Assembly (NCBI GenBank): GCA_964016885.1
Contig: OZ024743.1
Span: 77,252,001 to 77,316,000 of the forward strand
Length of the DNA stretch: 64,000 nucleotides
Direction: 5' to 3'
Source of the DNA: Eledone cirrhosa
Taxonomy: Eukaryota
The translations under genes were made by a program, and so were the position numbers. A model generated the notes under the pieces. The model searched no databases and had not been told where the DNA came from. It saw only the letters and a program-made list of their open reading frames with translations. Position 1 is the stretch's first letter, and each line of letters begins with the position of its first letter. This document shows, piece by piece, positions 23,561 through 39,631 of the stretch.

Positions 23561-26500
23561 ATCCCTGTATATAACTGTAAACAATGTTCACAACATCCCT
23601 GTATATATACTGTAAACAATGTTCACAACATCCCTCTATATATACTGTAAATAATGTTCACAACATCCCTCTATATATACTGTAAATAATGTTCACAACA
23701 TCCCTGTATATATACTGTAAATAATGTTCACAACATCCCTCTATATATACTGTAAATAATGTTCACAACATCCCTCTATATATACTGTAAACAATGTTCA
23801 CAACATCCCTGTATATATACTGTAAATGTTCACAACATCCCTCTATATATACTGTAAACAATGTTCACAACATCCCTCTATATATACTGTAAACAATGTT
23901 CACAAGATCCCTCTATATATACTGTAAACAATGTTCACAAGATCCCTCTATATATACTGTAAATAATGTTCACAACATCCCTCTATATATACTGTAAACA
24001 ATGTTCACAACATCCCTCTATATATACTGTAAACAATGTTCACAACATCCCTCTATATATACTGTAAACAATGTTCACAACATCCCTGTATATATACTGT
24101 AAACAAATTCACAAGATCCCTCTATATATACTGTAAACAATGTTCACACCATCCCTGTATATATACTGTAAATAATATTCACACCATCCCTGTATATATA
24201 CTATAAACAATGTTCATAACATCCCTGTATATATACTGTAAATAATGTTCACAACATCCCTCTATATATACTGTAAACAATGTTCACAAGATCCCTCTAT
24301 ATATACTGTAAATAATGTTCACAACATCCCTCTATATATACTGTAAACAATGTTCACACCATCCCTGTATGCACACTGTAAATAATGTTCACACCATCCC
24401 TGTATATATACTGTAAATAATGTTCACACCATCCCTGTATATATACTGTAAACAATGTTCATAACATGCCTGTATATATACTGTAAATAATGTTCACAAC
24501 ATCCCTCTATATATACTGTAAACAATGTTCACAAGATCCCTCTATATATACTGTAAATAATGTTCACACCATCCCTCTATATATATTGTAAACAATGTTC
24601 ACAACATCCCTGTATATATACTGTAAATAATGTTCACACAACATCTCTCTATATATACTGTAAACAATGTTCACAACATCCCTCTATATATACTGTAAAC
24701 AATGTTCACAACATCCCTGTATATATACTGTAAACAATGTTCACAATATCCCTTTATATATACTGTAAACAATGTTCACAACATCCCTCTATATATACTG
24801 TAAATAATGTTCACAACATACCTCTATATATACTGTAATCAATGTTCACAACATCCCTCTATATATACTGTAAACAATGTTCACAACATCCCTCTATATA
24901 TACTGTAAACAATGTTCACAACATCCCTCTATATATACTGTAAACAATGTTCACAACATCCCTCTATATATACTGTAAATAATGTTCACAACATCCCTCT
25001 ATATATACTGTAAATAATGTTCACAACATCCCTGTATATATACTGTAAATAATGTTCACAACATCCCTCTATATATACTGTAAATAATGTTCACAACATC
25101 CCTCTATATATACTGTAAACAATGTTCACAACATCCCTGTATATATACTGTAAATGTTCACAACATCCCTCTATATATACTGTAAACAATGTTCATAACA
25201 TGCCTGTATATATACTGTAAATAATGTTCACAACATCCCTCTATATATACTGTAAACAATGTTCACAAGATCCCTCTATATATACTGTAAATAATGTTCA
25301 CAACATCCCTCTATATATACTGTAAACAATGTTCACAACATCCCTGTATATATACTGTAAATAATGTTCACAACATCTCTCTATATATACTGTAAACAAT
25401 GTTCACAACATCCCTCTATATATACTGTAAACAATGTTCACAACATCCCTGTATATATACTGTAAACAATGTTCACAATATCCCTCTATATATACTGTAA
25501 ACAATGTTCACAACATCCCTCTATATATACTGTAAACAATGTTCCCAACATCCCTCTATATATACTATAAATAATGTTCACAACATCCCTCTATATATAC
25601 TGTAAACAATGTTTACAACATACCTGTATATATACTGTAAATAATGTTCACAACATCCCTCTATATATGCTGTAAATAATGTTCACAACATCCCTCTATA
25701 TATACTGTAATCAATGTTCACAACATCCCTCTATATATACTGTAAACAATGTTCACAACATCCCACTATATATACTGTAAACAATGTTCACAACATCCCT
25801 CTATATATACTGTAAACAATGTTCACAACATCCCTCTATATATACTGTAAATAATATTCACAACATCCCTCTATATATACTGTAAATAATGTTCACAACA
25901 TCCCTGTATATATACTGTAAATAATGTTCACAACATCCCTCTATATATACTGTAAATAATGTTCACAACATCCCTCTATATATACTGTAAACAATGTTCA
26001 CAACATCCCTGTATATATACTGTAAATGTTCACAACATCCCTATATATATACTGTATACAATGTTCACAACATCCCTCTATATATACTGTAAACAATGTT
26101 CACAAGATCCCTCTATATATACTGTAAACAATGTTCACAAGATCCCTCTATATATACTGTAAATAATGTTCACAACATCCCTCTATATATACTGTATACA
26201 ATGTTCACAACATCCCTCTATATATACTGTAAACAATGTTCACAACATCCCTGTATATATACTGTAAACAATGTTCACAACATCCCTGTATATATACTGT
26301 AAACAAATTCACAAGATCCCTCTATATATACTGTAAACAATGTTCACACCAACCCTGTATATATACTGTAAATAATGTTCACACCATCCCTGTATATATA
26401 CTATAAACAATGTTCATAACATCCCTGTATATATACTGTAAATAATGTTCACAACATCCCTCTATATATACTGTAAACAATGTTCACAAGATCCCTCTAT

Positions 26501-29500
26501 ATATACTGTAAATAATGTTCACAACATCCCTCTATATATACTGTAAACAATGTTCACACCATCCCTGTATACATACTGTAAATAATGTTCACACCATCCC
26601 TGTATATATACTGTAAACAATGTTCATAACATGCCTGTATATATACTGTAAATAATGTTCACAACATCCCTCTATATATACTGTAAACAATGTTCACAAG
26701 ATCCCTCTATATATACTGTAAATAATGTTCACAACATCCCTCTATATATACTGTAAACAATGTTCACAACATCCCTCTATATATACTGTAAACAATGTTC
26801 ACAACATCCCTCTATATATACTGTAAATAATGTTCACAACATGCCTCTATGTATACTGTAAACAATGTTCACAACATCCCTGTATATATACTGTAAACAA
26901 TGTTCACAACATCCCTCTATATATACTGTAAATAATGTTCACAACATCCCTTCATATATACTGTAAACAATGTTCACAACATCCCTCTTTATATACTGTA
27001 AACAATGTTTACAACATCCCTGTATATATACTGTAAATAATGTCCACAACATCCCTCTATATATACTGTAAATAATGTTCACAACATCCCTCTATATATA
27101 CTGTAAATAATGTTCACAACATCCCTGTATATATACTGTAAACAATGTTCACAACATCCCTGTATATATACTTTAAGCAATGTTCACAACATCCCTGTAT
27201 ATATACTGTAAACAATGTTCACAACATCCCTCTATATATACTGTAAATAATGTTCACAACATCCCTCTATATATACTGTAAACAATGTTCACAAGATCCC
27301 TCTATATATACTGAAAACAATGTTCACAACATCCCTCTGTATATACTGTAAACAATGTTCACAACATCCCTCTATATATACTGTAAACAATGTTCACAAC
27401 AGCCCTCTACATATACTGTAAACAATGTTCACAACATCCTTGTATATATACTGTAAACAATGTTCACAACATCCCTCTATATATACTGTAAACAATGTTC
27501 AAAACATCCCTCTATATATACTGTAAACAAGGTTCCCAACATCCCTCTATATATACTGTAAACAATGTTCACAACATCCCTCTATATATACTGTAAATAA
27601 TGTTCACAACATCCCTCTATATATACTGTAAACAATGTTCACAACATCCCTCTATATATACTGTAAACAATGTTCACAACATCCCTCTATATATACTGTA
27701 AACAATGTTCACAACATCCCTCTATATATACTGTAAACAATGTTCATAACATCCCTGTATATATACTGTAAACAATGTTCACAACATCCTTGTATATATA
27801 CTTTAATAATGTTCACAACATCCCTCTATATATACTGTAAACAATGTTCACAACATCCCTGTATATATACTGTAATCAATGTTCACAACATCCCTCTATA
27901 TATACTGTAAACAATGTTCACAACATCCCTCTATATATACTGTAAACAATGTTCACAACATCCCTCTATATATACTGTAAACAATGTTCACAACATCCCT
28001 CTATATATACTGTAAACAAATTCACAACATCCCTCTATATATACTGTAAACAAGGTTCCCAACATCCCTCTATATATACTGTTAATAATGTTCACAACAT
28101 CCCTCTATATATACTGTAAACAATGTTTACATCATCTCTGTATATATACTGTAAATAATATTCACAACATCCCTCTATATATACTGTAAATAATGTTCAC
28201 AACATCCCTCTATATATACTGTAAATAATGTTCACAACATCCCTCTATATATACTGTAAACAATGTTCACAACATGCCTGTATATATATTGTAAACAATG
28301 TTCACAACATCCCTGTATATATACTGTAATCAATATTCACAACATCCCTCTATATATACTGTAAACAATTTTCAAAACATCCCTGTATATATACTGTAAA
28401 CAATATTCACAACGTCCCTCTATATATACTGTAAACAATGTTCACAACATCCCTCTATATATACTGTAAACAATGTTCCTAACATCCCTCTATATATACT
28501 GTAAACAATGTTCATAACATCCCTGTATATATACTGTAAACAATGTTCACAACATCCCTGTATATATACTGTAAACAATGTTCACAACATCCCTCTATAT
28601 ATACTGTAAACAATGTTCACAACATCCCTCTATATATACTGTAAATAATGTTCACAACATCCCTCTATATATACTGTAAATAATGTTCACAACATCCCTC
28701 TATATATACTGTAAACAATGTTCACAAGATCCCTCTATATATACTGTAAACAATGTTCACAACATCCCTCTGTATATACTGTAAACAATGTTCACAACAT
28801 CCCTCTATATATACTGTAAACAATGTTCACAACAGCCCTCTACATATACTGTAAACAATGTTCACAACATCCTTGTATATATACTGTAAACAATGTTCAC
28901 AACATCCCTGTATATATACTGTAAACAATATTCACAACATCCCTCTATATATACTGTAAACAATGTTCACAACATCCCTCTATATATACTGTAAACAATG
29001 TTCCTAACATCCCTCTATATATACTGTAAACAATGTTCACAACATCCCTGTATATATACTGTAAACAATGTTCACAACATCCCTCTATATATACTGTAAA
29101 TAATGTTCACAACATCCCTCTATATATACTGTAAACAATGCTCGCAACATCCCTGTATATATACTGTAAATAATGTTCACAACATCCCCGTATATATACT
29201 GTAAATAATGTTCACAACATCTCTCTATATATACTGTAAACAATGTTCAAAACATCCCGGTATATATACTGTAAACAATATTCACAACATCCCTCTATAT
29301 ATACTGTAAACAATGTTCATAACATCCCTGTATATATACTGTAAACAATGTTCACAACATCCTTGTATATATACTTTAATAATGTTCACAACATCCCTCT
29401 ATATATACTGTAAACAATGTTCACAACATCCCTGTATATATACTGTAATCAATGTTCACAACATCCCTCTATATATACTGTAAACAATGTTCACAACATC

Positions 29501-32500
29501 CCTCTATATATACTGTAAACAATGTTCACAACATCCCTCTATATATACTGTAAACAATGTTCACAACATCCCTGTATATATACTGTAAACAAATTCACAA
29601 CATCCCTCTATATATACTGTAAACAAGGTTCCCAACATCCCTCTATATATACTGTAAATAATGTTCACAACATCCCTCTATATATACTGTAAACAATGTT
29701 TACATCATCTCTGTATATATACTGTAAATAATGTTCACAACATCCCTCTATATATACTGTAAATAATGTTCACAACATCCCTCTATATATACTGTAAATA
29801 ATGTTCACAACATCCCTCTATATATACTGTAAACAATGTTCACAACATGCCTGTATATATACTGTAAACAATGTTCACAACATCCCTGTATATATACTGT
29901 AAACAATATTCACAACATCCCTCTATATATACTGTAAACAATGTTCAAAACATCCCTGTATATATACTGTAAACAATATTCACAACATCCCTCTATATAT
30001 ACTGTAAACAATGTTCACAACATCCCTCTATATATACTGTAAACAATGTTCCTAACATCCCTCTATATATACTGTAAACAATGTTCACAACATCCCTGTA
30101 TATATACTGTAAACAATGTTCACAACATCCCTCTATATATACTGTAAACAATGTTCACAACATCCCTCTATATATACTGTAAACAATGTTCACAACATCC
30201 CTGTATATATACTGTAATGTTCACAACATCCCTGTATATATACTGTAATCAATGTTCACAACATCCCTCTATATATACTGTAAACAATGTTCACAACATC
30301 CCTCTATATATACTGTAAACAATGTTCACAACATCCCTCTATATATACTGTAAACAATGTTCACAACATCCCTCCATATATACTGTAAACAATGTTCACA
30401 ACATCCCTGTATATATACTGTAAACAATGTTCACAACATCCCTGTATATATACTGTAAACAAATTCACAAGATCCCTCTATATATACTGTAAACAATGTT
30501 CACACCATCCCTGTATATATACTGTAAATAATGTTCACACCATCCCTGTATATATACTATAAACGATGTTCATAACATCCCTGTATATATACTGTAAATA
30601 ATGTTCACAACATCCCTCTATATATACTGTAAACAATGTTCACAAGATCCCTCTATATATACTGTAAATAATGTTCACAACATCCCTCTATATATACTGT
30701 AAACAATGTTCACAACATCCCTGTATATATACTGTAAATAATGTTCACAACATCTCTCTATATATACTGTAAACAATGTTCACAACATCCCTCTATATAT
30801 ACTGTAAACAATGTTCACAACATCCCTCTATATATACTGTATATAATGTTCACAACATCCCTCTATATATACTGTAAACAATGTTCACAACATCCCTCTA
30901 TATATACTGTAAACAATGTTCACAACATCCCTCTATATATACTGTAAACAATGTTCATAACATCCCTGTATATGTACAGTAAACAATGTTCACAACATCC
31001 CTGTATATATACTTTAATAATGTTCACAACATCCCTCTATATATACTGTAAACAATGTTCACAACATCCCTGTATATATACTGTAATGTTCACAACATCC
31101 CTGTATATATACGGTAATCAATATTCACAACATCCCTCTATATATACTGTAAACAATGTTCACAACATCCCTGTATATATACTGTAAACAAATTCACAAC
31201 ATCCCTCTATATATACTATAAATGTTCACAACATCCCTGTATATATACTGTAAATAATGTTCACAACATCCCTCTATATATACTGTAAACAATGTTCACA
31301 ACATCCCTCTATATATACTGTAAATAATGTTCACAACATCCCTCTATATATACTGTAAACAATGTTCACAAGATCCCTCTATATATACTGTAAACAATGT
31401 TCACAACATCCCTGTATATATACTGTAAACAATGTTCACAACATCCCTCTATATATACTGTAAACAATTTTCACAACATCCCTCTATATATACTGTAAAC
31501 AATGTTCACAACATCCCTGTATATATACTGTAAACAATGTTCACAACATCCCTCTGTATATACTGTAAACAATGTTCACAACATCCCTCTGTATATACTG
31601 TAAACAACATTCACAACATCCCTCTATATATACTGGAAACAATGTTCACAACATCCCTCTACATATACTGTAAACAATGTTCACAACATCCCTGTATATA
31701 TACTGTAAACAATGTTCACAACATCCCTCTATATATACTGTAAATAATGTTCACAACATCCCTCTATATATACTGTAAACAATGTTCGCAACATCCCTGT
31801 ATATATACTGTAAATAATGTTCACAACATCCCCGTATATATACTGTAAATAATGTTCACAACATCCCTCTATATATACTGTAAACAATGTTCAAAACATC
31901 CCTGTATATATATACTGTAAACAATATTCACAACATCCCTCTATATATACTGTAAATAATGTTCACAACATCCCTCTATATATACTGTAAACAATGTTCA
32001 TAACATCCCTGTATATATACTATAAACAATGTTCACAACATCCCTGTATATATACTTTAATAATGTTCACTACATCCCTCTATATATACTGTAAACAATG
32101 TTCACAACATCCCTGTATATATACTGTAATGTTCACAACATCCCTGTATATATACTGTAAACAATGTTCACGACAGGCCTGTATATATACTGTAAATAAT
32201 GTTCACAACATCCCTGTATATATACTGTAAATAATGTTCACAAGATCCCTCTATATATACTGTAAACAATGTTCACAACATCCCTGTATATATACTGTAA
32301 ATGTTCACAACATCCCTCTATATATACTATAAATGTTCACAACATCCCTGTATATATACTGTAAATAATGTTCACAACATCCCTCTATATATACTGTAAA
32401 CAATGTTCACAAGATCCCTCTATATATACTGTAAATAATGTTCACAACATCCCTCTATATATACTGTAAACAATGTTCACAACATCCCTGTATATATACT

Positions 32501-35175
32501 GTAAATAATGTTCACAACATCTCTCTATATATACTGTAAACAATGTTCACAACATCCCTCTATATATACTGTAAACAATGTTCACAACATCCCTGTATAT
32601 ATACTGTAAATAATGTTCACAACATCCCTCTATATATACTGTAAACAATGTTCACAACATCCCTGTATATATACTGTAAACAATGTTCACAACATACCTC
32701 TATATATACTGTAAATAATGTTCACAACATCCCTCTATATTTACTATAAATAATGTTCACAACATCCCTCTATGTATACTGTAAACAATGTTCACAACAT
32801 CCCTGTATATATACTTTAAGCAATGTTCACAACATCCCTGTATATATACTGTGAACAATGTTCACAACATCCCTCTATATATACTGTAAATAATGTTCAC
32901 AACATCCCTCTATATATACTGTAAACAATGTTCAGAAGATCCCTCTATATATACTGTAAACAATGTTCACAACATCCCTCTGTATATACTGTAAACAACG
33001 TTCACAACATCCCTCTATATATACTGTAAACAATGTTCACAACATCCCTCTACATATACTGTAAACAATGTTCACAACATCCCTGTATATATACTGTAAA
33101 CAATGTTCACAACATCCCTCTATATATACTGTAAATAATGTTCACAACATCCCTCTATATATACTGTAAACAATGTTCACAACATCCCTGTATATATACT
33201 GTAAACAATGTTCACAACATCCCTCTATATATACTGTAAATAATGTTCACAACATCCCTCTATATATACTATAAATAATGTTCACAATATCCCTCTATAT
33301 ATACTGTAAACAATGTTTACAACATCCCTGTATATATACTGTAAATAATGTTCACAACATCCCTCTATATATGCTGTAAATAATGTTCACAACATCCCTC
33401 TATATATACTGTAAACAATGATCACAACATGCCTGTATATATACTGTAAACAATGTTCACAACATCCCTGTATATATACTGTAAACAATATTCACAACAT
33501 CCCTCTATATATACTGTAAATAATGTTCACAACATCCCTCTATATATACTGTAAACAATGTTCGCAACATCCCTGTATATATACTGTAAATAATGTTCAC
33601 AACATCCCCGTATATATACTGTAAATAATGTTCACCACATCCCTCTATATATACTGTAAACAATGTTCAAAACATCCCTGTATATATACTGTAAACAATA
33701 TTCACAACATCCCTCTATATATACTGTAAATAATGTTCAAAACATCCCTGTATATCTACTGTAAACAATGTTCAAACATCCCTCTATATATACTGTAAAC
33801 AATGTTCACAACATCCCTCTATATATACTGTAAATAATGTTCACAACATCCCTCTATATATACTGTAAATAATGTTCACAACATCCCTCTATATATACTG
33901 TAAACAATGTTCATAACATCCCTGTATATATACTGTAAACAATGTTCACAACATCCCTGTATATATACTTTAATAATGTTCACTACATCCCTCTATATAT
34001 ACTGTAAACAATGTTCACAACATCCCTGTATATATACTGTAATGTTCACAACATCCCTGTATATATACTGTAAACAATGTTCACGACAGGCCTGTATATA
34101 TACTGTAAATAATGTTCACAACATCCCTGTATATATACTGTAAATAATGTTCACAAGATCCCTCTATATATACTGTAAACAATGTTCACAACATCCCTGT
34201 ATATCTACTGTAAATAATGTTCACAACATCCCTCTATATATATACTATAAATGTTAACAACATCCCTGTATATATACTGTAAATAATGTTCACAACATCC
34301 CTCTATATATACTGTAAACAATGGTCACAAGATCCCTCTATATATACTGTAAATAATGTTCACAACATCCCTCTATATATACTGTAAACAATGTTTACAA
34401 CATCCCTGTATATATACTGTAAATAATGTTCACAACATCCCTCTATATATACTGTAAACAATGTTCACAACATCCCTCTATATATACTGTAAACAATGTT
34501 CACAACATCCCTCTATATATACTGTAAATAATGTTCACAACATCCCTCTATATATACTGTAAACAATGTTTACAACATCCCTCTATATATACTGTAAACA
34601 ATGTTTACAACATCCCTGTATATATACTGTAAATAATGTTCACAACATCCCTCTATATATACTGTAAACAATGTTCATAACATCCCTGTATATATACTGT
34701 AAACAATGTTCACAACATCCCTGTATATATACTTTAATAATGTTCACAACATCCCTCTATATATACTGTGCACAATGTTCACAACATCCCTGTATATATA
34801 CTGTAATGTTCACATCATCCCTGTATATATACTGTAAACAATGTTCACGATATGCCTGTATATATACTGTAAATAATGTTCACAACATCCCTGTATATAT
34901 ACTGTAAATAATGTTCACAAGATCCCTCTATATATACTGTAAACAATGTTCACAACATCCCTGTATATATACTGTAAATAATGTTCACAACATCCCTGTA
35001 TATATACTGTAAATAATGTTCTCAAGATCCCTGTATATATACTGTAAACAATGTTCACAACATCCCTCTATATATACTGTAAACAATGTTCACAACATCC
35101 CTCTATATATACTGTAAACTATGTCCACAACATCCCTGTATATATACTGTAAATAATGTACTCAAGATCCCTGTA
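23560..35175. repeat. 11.6-kb intronic satellite, 35-bp unit (about 330 copies)
   Basis: Unit tgtaaa(c/t)aatgttcacaacatccct(c/g)tatatatac, head to tail with no spacers. Confidence 0.98.
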
Positions 35176-35651
35176 CACTTGCAGTCCCTTTAAAAAACGA
35201 GTCCAAATGAGACAACTTTACATCTAAAAGTCTCCTCTACAGTTCATCAATAAACTTAAACAATTAAAACCATCTCTGTCTCCATGTTGGACCTCCATCA
35301 GTTCTGAAAACAGGGCTTCCAGTTGTTTGAGCAACATAAGCTCCTCCTCATGATATTGATATGTAAGTGGCTGAGCATTCCACAGAGATGTGTACCCTCA
35401 GCCTAGTTCTTGGTGTGATACAGTGTGGGACAAAGCTGACTCTTTGAATTACAGCTGGGTTGACTGGAACAATGTGAAATAAAGTGTCTTGCTCAAGAAC
35501 ACAGTAGTGCACTACTGGGAATCGAACTCATGACCTTATAGTTGTGAGCTGGTTCCCTAACCCTGAAGTTATGTACCATCACAAAGACCATTAATTCCTA
35601 TTTATCCATTAAATTATATAATAGCTGTTTTCTCTGTGCATTAACCATTCA

Positions 35652-35812
35652 TACAGCAAAAGACTGATAGTGTTTTTTAAAGCTGGTACAATGTGGCTTT
35701 TACACTGGGTAAAACATTACTTATTGTTTGTTTCATTTGCTCTTCGTATTTTTCTACCACATTATACCAGCTTTGAAAAAACAAAAAAAAACAATTATTA
35801 GTCTTTTACTAT
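35652..35812. mobile_element. Short inverted-repeat element (MITE-like)
   Basis: tacagcaaaagactgat..aaagctggtacaatgtgg / ccacattataccagcttt..attagtcttttactata. Confidence 0.5.
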
Positions 35813-35914
35813 ATATCTCACAATACTTCATATTAACTACACTACTCCAGCTATACAGCATTCACAAATAGATTATAAGGAAATCTGTGTTTTTGTAAAA
35901 ATAATTTATTTGCT

Positions 35915-36320
35915 TTCATGGTTAAGGTATCACACTCACAATCATAAAGTCATGTGTTTAATCCCTATAACAGTATAACAGGCAGGACACTGTGTCCTTG
36001 AAATCACTGTGACAGGCAGGACACTGTGTCCTTGAAATCATTGTAACAGGCAGGACACTATGTCCTTGAAATCATTGTAACAGGCAGAACACTGTCCTTG
36101 AAATCACTGTAACAGGCAGGACACTGTGTCCTTGAAATCACTGTAACAGGCAGGACACTGTGTCCTTGAAATCACTGTAACAGGCAGGACACTGTGTCCT
36201 TGAAATCATTGTAACAGGCAGAACACTGTCCTTGAAATCATTGTAACAGGCAGGGCACTGTATCCTTGAGTAAAACACTTTATTTCATGTTGCTCCAGTC
36301 CACTCAGTTGCAAAAAAAAA
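35915..36320 (+). repeat. SINE B with internal 32-34-bp tandem expansion (about 8-9 copies)
   Basis: Unit aacaggcaggacactgtgtccttgaaatcactgt; resumes as ccttgagtaaaacactttatttcatgttgctccagt. Confidence 0.85.
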
Positions 36321-36557
36321 CTACATTGTACCTGTGTCATTATAAATTTCTCTGGGAATTAATGGTACATGTTTGTGGAATGCTGAGTCACCACATCATA
36401 TATTTATTGGTATCAAAATAAAAATAGAATTATATTTGGAGATAAGTTGTTAAAATCCTCAAATTGATATTACTGAATTTTATATATATATTTTTTTATT
36501 TGATCATTATTATTTTTTTTAAATTAAACATATTTTCTTTGCTTTCAATTTTTGTAG

Positions 36558-36770
36558 GCTGGCAATTCGGTGCGTGGAGATGTCGTCTCTATTTTGATCC
36601 AGTTAATAGCTAGTACCAGCAACCTACATACATACACAGTTTATCAACTATATAAAGCTATTGGAATGGATATTGAGCAGCAACCTTTGGTCCAAGTTGC
36701 TTCTTGGTGTATTGGAGAATATGGAGACCTCCTAGTAAATGGACATTGTGATGAAGAGGAACCATTAAAT
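36558..36770 (+). CDS. AP1G1: AP1G1 exon ([16 protein letters not shown]...[30 protein letters not shown])
   Basis: tttgtAG / GTaagg; WCIGEYGD adaptin motif. Confidence 0.96.
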
Positions 36771-36894
36771 GTAAGGATTTAATAACTGCATAGTTTTAAA
36801 TAGTTTTGTTTTTGTAAAATGTCATTTTCTAAATATTTTATAATCTTGTCGAGTGGTCATAGTGATACCATGAGAAAACTGACCAGGTATATGT

Positions 36895-38095
36895 CATGAA
36901 GTGATTGGCATTGGGAAGATTGTACAGCTGTAGAAACCATGTCACATGAAGTGGTTGGCATTAGGAAGGTCGTACAGCTGTAGAAACCATGTCACATGAA
37001 GTGGTTGGCATTAGGAAGGTCGTACAGCTGTAGAAACCATGTCACATGAAGTGGTTGGCATTAGGAAGGTCGTACAGCTGTAGAAACCATGTCACATGAA
37101 GTGGTTGGCATTAGGAAGGTCGTACAGCTGTAGAAATAATGTCACATGAAGTGGTTGGCATTAGGTATCTCGTACAGCTGTAGAAACCATGTCACATGAA
37201 GTGGTTGGCATTAGGAAGGTCGTACAGCTGTAGAAACCATGTCACATGAAGTGGTTGGCATTAGGTAGGTCGTACAGCTGTAGAAATAATGTCACATGAA
37301 GTGGTTGGCATTAGGAAGGTCGTACAGCTGTAGAAACCATGTCACATGAAGTGGTTGGCATTAGGTAGGTCGTACAGCTGTAGAAACCATGTCACATGAA
37401 GTGGTTGGCATTAGGTAGGTCGTACAGCTGTAGAAACCATGTCAAATGAAGTGGTTGGCATTAGGAAGGTCGTACAGCTGTAGAAACCATGTCAAATGAA
37501 GTGGTTGGCATTAGGAAGGTCGTACAGCTGTAGAAACCATGTCACATGAAGTGTTTGGCATTAGGAAGGTCGTACAGCTGTAGAAACCATGTCACATGAA
37601 GTGTTTGGCATTAGGAAGGTCGTACAGCTGTAGAAACCATGTCACATGAAGTGGTTGGCATTAGGAAGGTCGTACAGCTGTAGAAACCATGTCACATGAA
37701 GTGGTTGGCATTAGGAAGGTCGTACAGCTGTAGAAACCATGTCAAATGAAGTGGTTGGCATTAGGAAGGTCGTACAGCTGTAGAAACCATGTCACATGAA
37801 GTGTTTGGCATTAGGAAGGTCGTACAGCTGTAGAAACCATGTCACATGAAGTGGTTGGCATTAGGAAGGTCGTACAGCTGTAGAAACCATGTCACATGAA
37901 GTGGTTGGCATTAGGTAGGTCGTACAGCTGTAGAAACCATGTCACATGAAGTGGTTGGCATTAGGAAGGTCGTACAGCTGTAGAAACCATGTCAAATGAA
38001 GTGGTTGGCATTAGGAAGGTCGTACAGCTGTAGAAACCATGTCAAATGAAGTGTTTGGCATTAGGAAGGTCGTACAGCTGTAGAAACCATGCCAA
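36895..38095 (+). repeat. 50-bp tandem array (about 24 copies) derived from the SINE/LINE 3' core
   Basis: Unit gtcacatgaagtggttggcattaggaaggtcgtacagctgtagaaaccat. Confidence 0.95.
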
Positions 38096-38914
38096 AATGG
38101 AACATATGAGCCAGACAGTCATTTGATATTCCTATCTAGCCTGAGAGCTATAACAACACATCTAACCCTTGCAAATATGGAAATGAGATGTAAAATGGTG
38201 GTAATGAAGAGAGAATATTTTTCAATACTTATCCTTTTCTCTTGCAAGAGTTGGATGGATCATAACTGACCAAGTCAGTATTTAAAGTTACTGACTTCTC
38301 AAATGGGATGGGTGTTGCGTCTTGCTTACATATGTTCTCACAATATACAGAGTATTGGGTGTATTTTATTGTGGCATGAGGACCAGAGAGGTTGTCATGT
38401 CCTTGATACAACTGAAGGGTCTTTTTTACCTTTCTTTTGTATGGCTTGATACACTTCCTATTATCAACTACTTTATAGAGTGTACTGGGTGCATTTTTCA
38501 TTGGCACTGTAGCAGTAGTCATTCTGTGACTGAAGAGTCCTCTCAACTCTTTTATAGAACATAAAATCATTAAATAGAATCTGTAGCACAATAGATAACC
38601 TAGCAAGCTCATTATTTTGAGGACAGGCATAACCATGCTCTTAGGAATTAGTAGTTAACAATCCTCTGCTTTCAGGACTGTTCTTGCTGCTATATAAGCA
38701 AAGACATTTCTAAAACCTATATTGTAAAAGTTAAGATTTAAAAAAATTACCATGATTTCTGGTTTCTTTTTATCCGCTTTTTTGTCTCTCTTGGGATTTT
38801 TTCCATTTCTCATTTCAAAGAAACATTCACTTTGACAAAACTGAATTGTGCCGTGGGTCACTTTCTCCATTATTTGCTGGAATTAATGCCATGATAGTTT
38901 AATTAATTACATTC

Positions 38915-39410
38915 TTTTATGTCTATTTTTCCATGCTTGGATGGGCCAAACAGATGTTTTCCAGCACAGCTTCCTTCTACTTATTGTATTCCTTCATCTC
39001 CTCTGTAAGGTTCACTGTTTTGAAACCTGCTCTCACTACTTCTGCCCAGGTCTTCCTTTACTGCAGCTAGCTTCCACTGGGAACTCCTGCCACTACTTCT
39101 TCACCCAACAATCATCATCCATCTACATCACATGTCCATACCAGTGCAGTCTTCTCTCTACCACACTACATTTGATTCCTCTTGTGCTCAGTTTTTCTCT
39201 CAACTCATCAATGCTTCGTTGTTAACATCAGACATCCATTGAAACATGTTTACTTCATTTCTCTCCGGTCTTCGCATATTTTTCTTCTACTACTTCACCC
39301 ATATATTCCTGAGAGGGTCATGGGGACAGAGTCCTCAAACACTCCTTCCAGTGGGTCCTGTCAGAAGCAACTATCTCCAACTAATCTGGGTCTCCTTCCT
39401 GCTGGTTGGT
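38915..39410 (-). mobile_element. Two degenerate RTE 3' fragments
   Basis: Reverse complement gives RRLHWYGHVM-like and WKTS..PSMEK tail; 39295-39410 matches 46455-46540. Confidence 0.6.
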
Positions 39411-39500
39411 TTTGCCTCTTTTGCATATTATCAAATAATTAAATATTTAATACCTACCCATGACAAAATGTCAATGTTTATACCTAAACTTTAATTCCAG

Positions 39501-39631
39501 GTAAAAGAAGATGATGTTATATCTGCTCTAGAGAAAGTTCTTTCTAACAACAATTCCTCCATTGTATCTAAAGAATATGCCATAACAGCACTACTGAAAC
39601 TTAGTACCAGATTTTCAGAACTTTCTTCAAA
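39501..39631 (+). CDS. AP1G1: AP1G1 exon (VKEDDVISALEKVL...KEYAITALLKLSTRFSELSSK)
   Basis: ttccAG / GTaagt; conserved YA.TA..KLSTRF. Confidence 0.95.

Noticed and set aside
23560-35175. CRISPR array (35-bp repeat)
   Set aside because: Units are head to tail with no unique spacers, there are no cas genes, and the context is a eukaryotic intron. The same applies to the 35-, 45- and 50-bp arrays.
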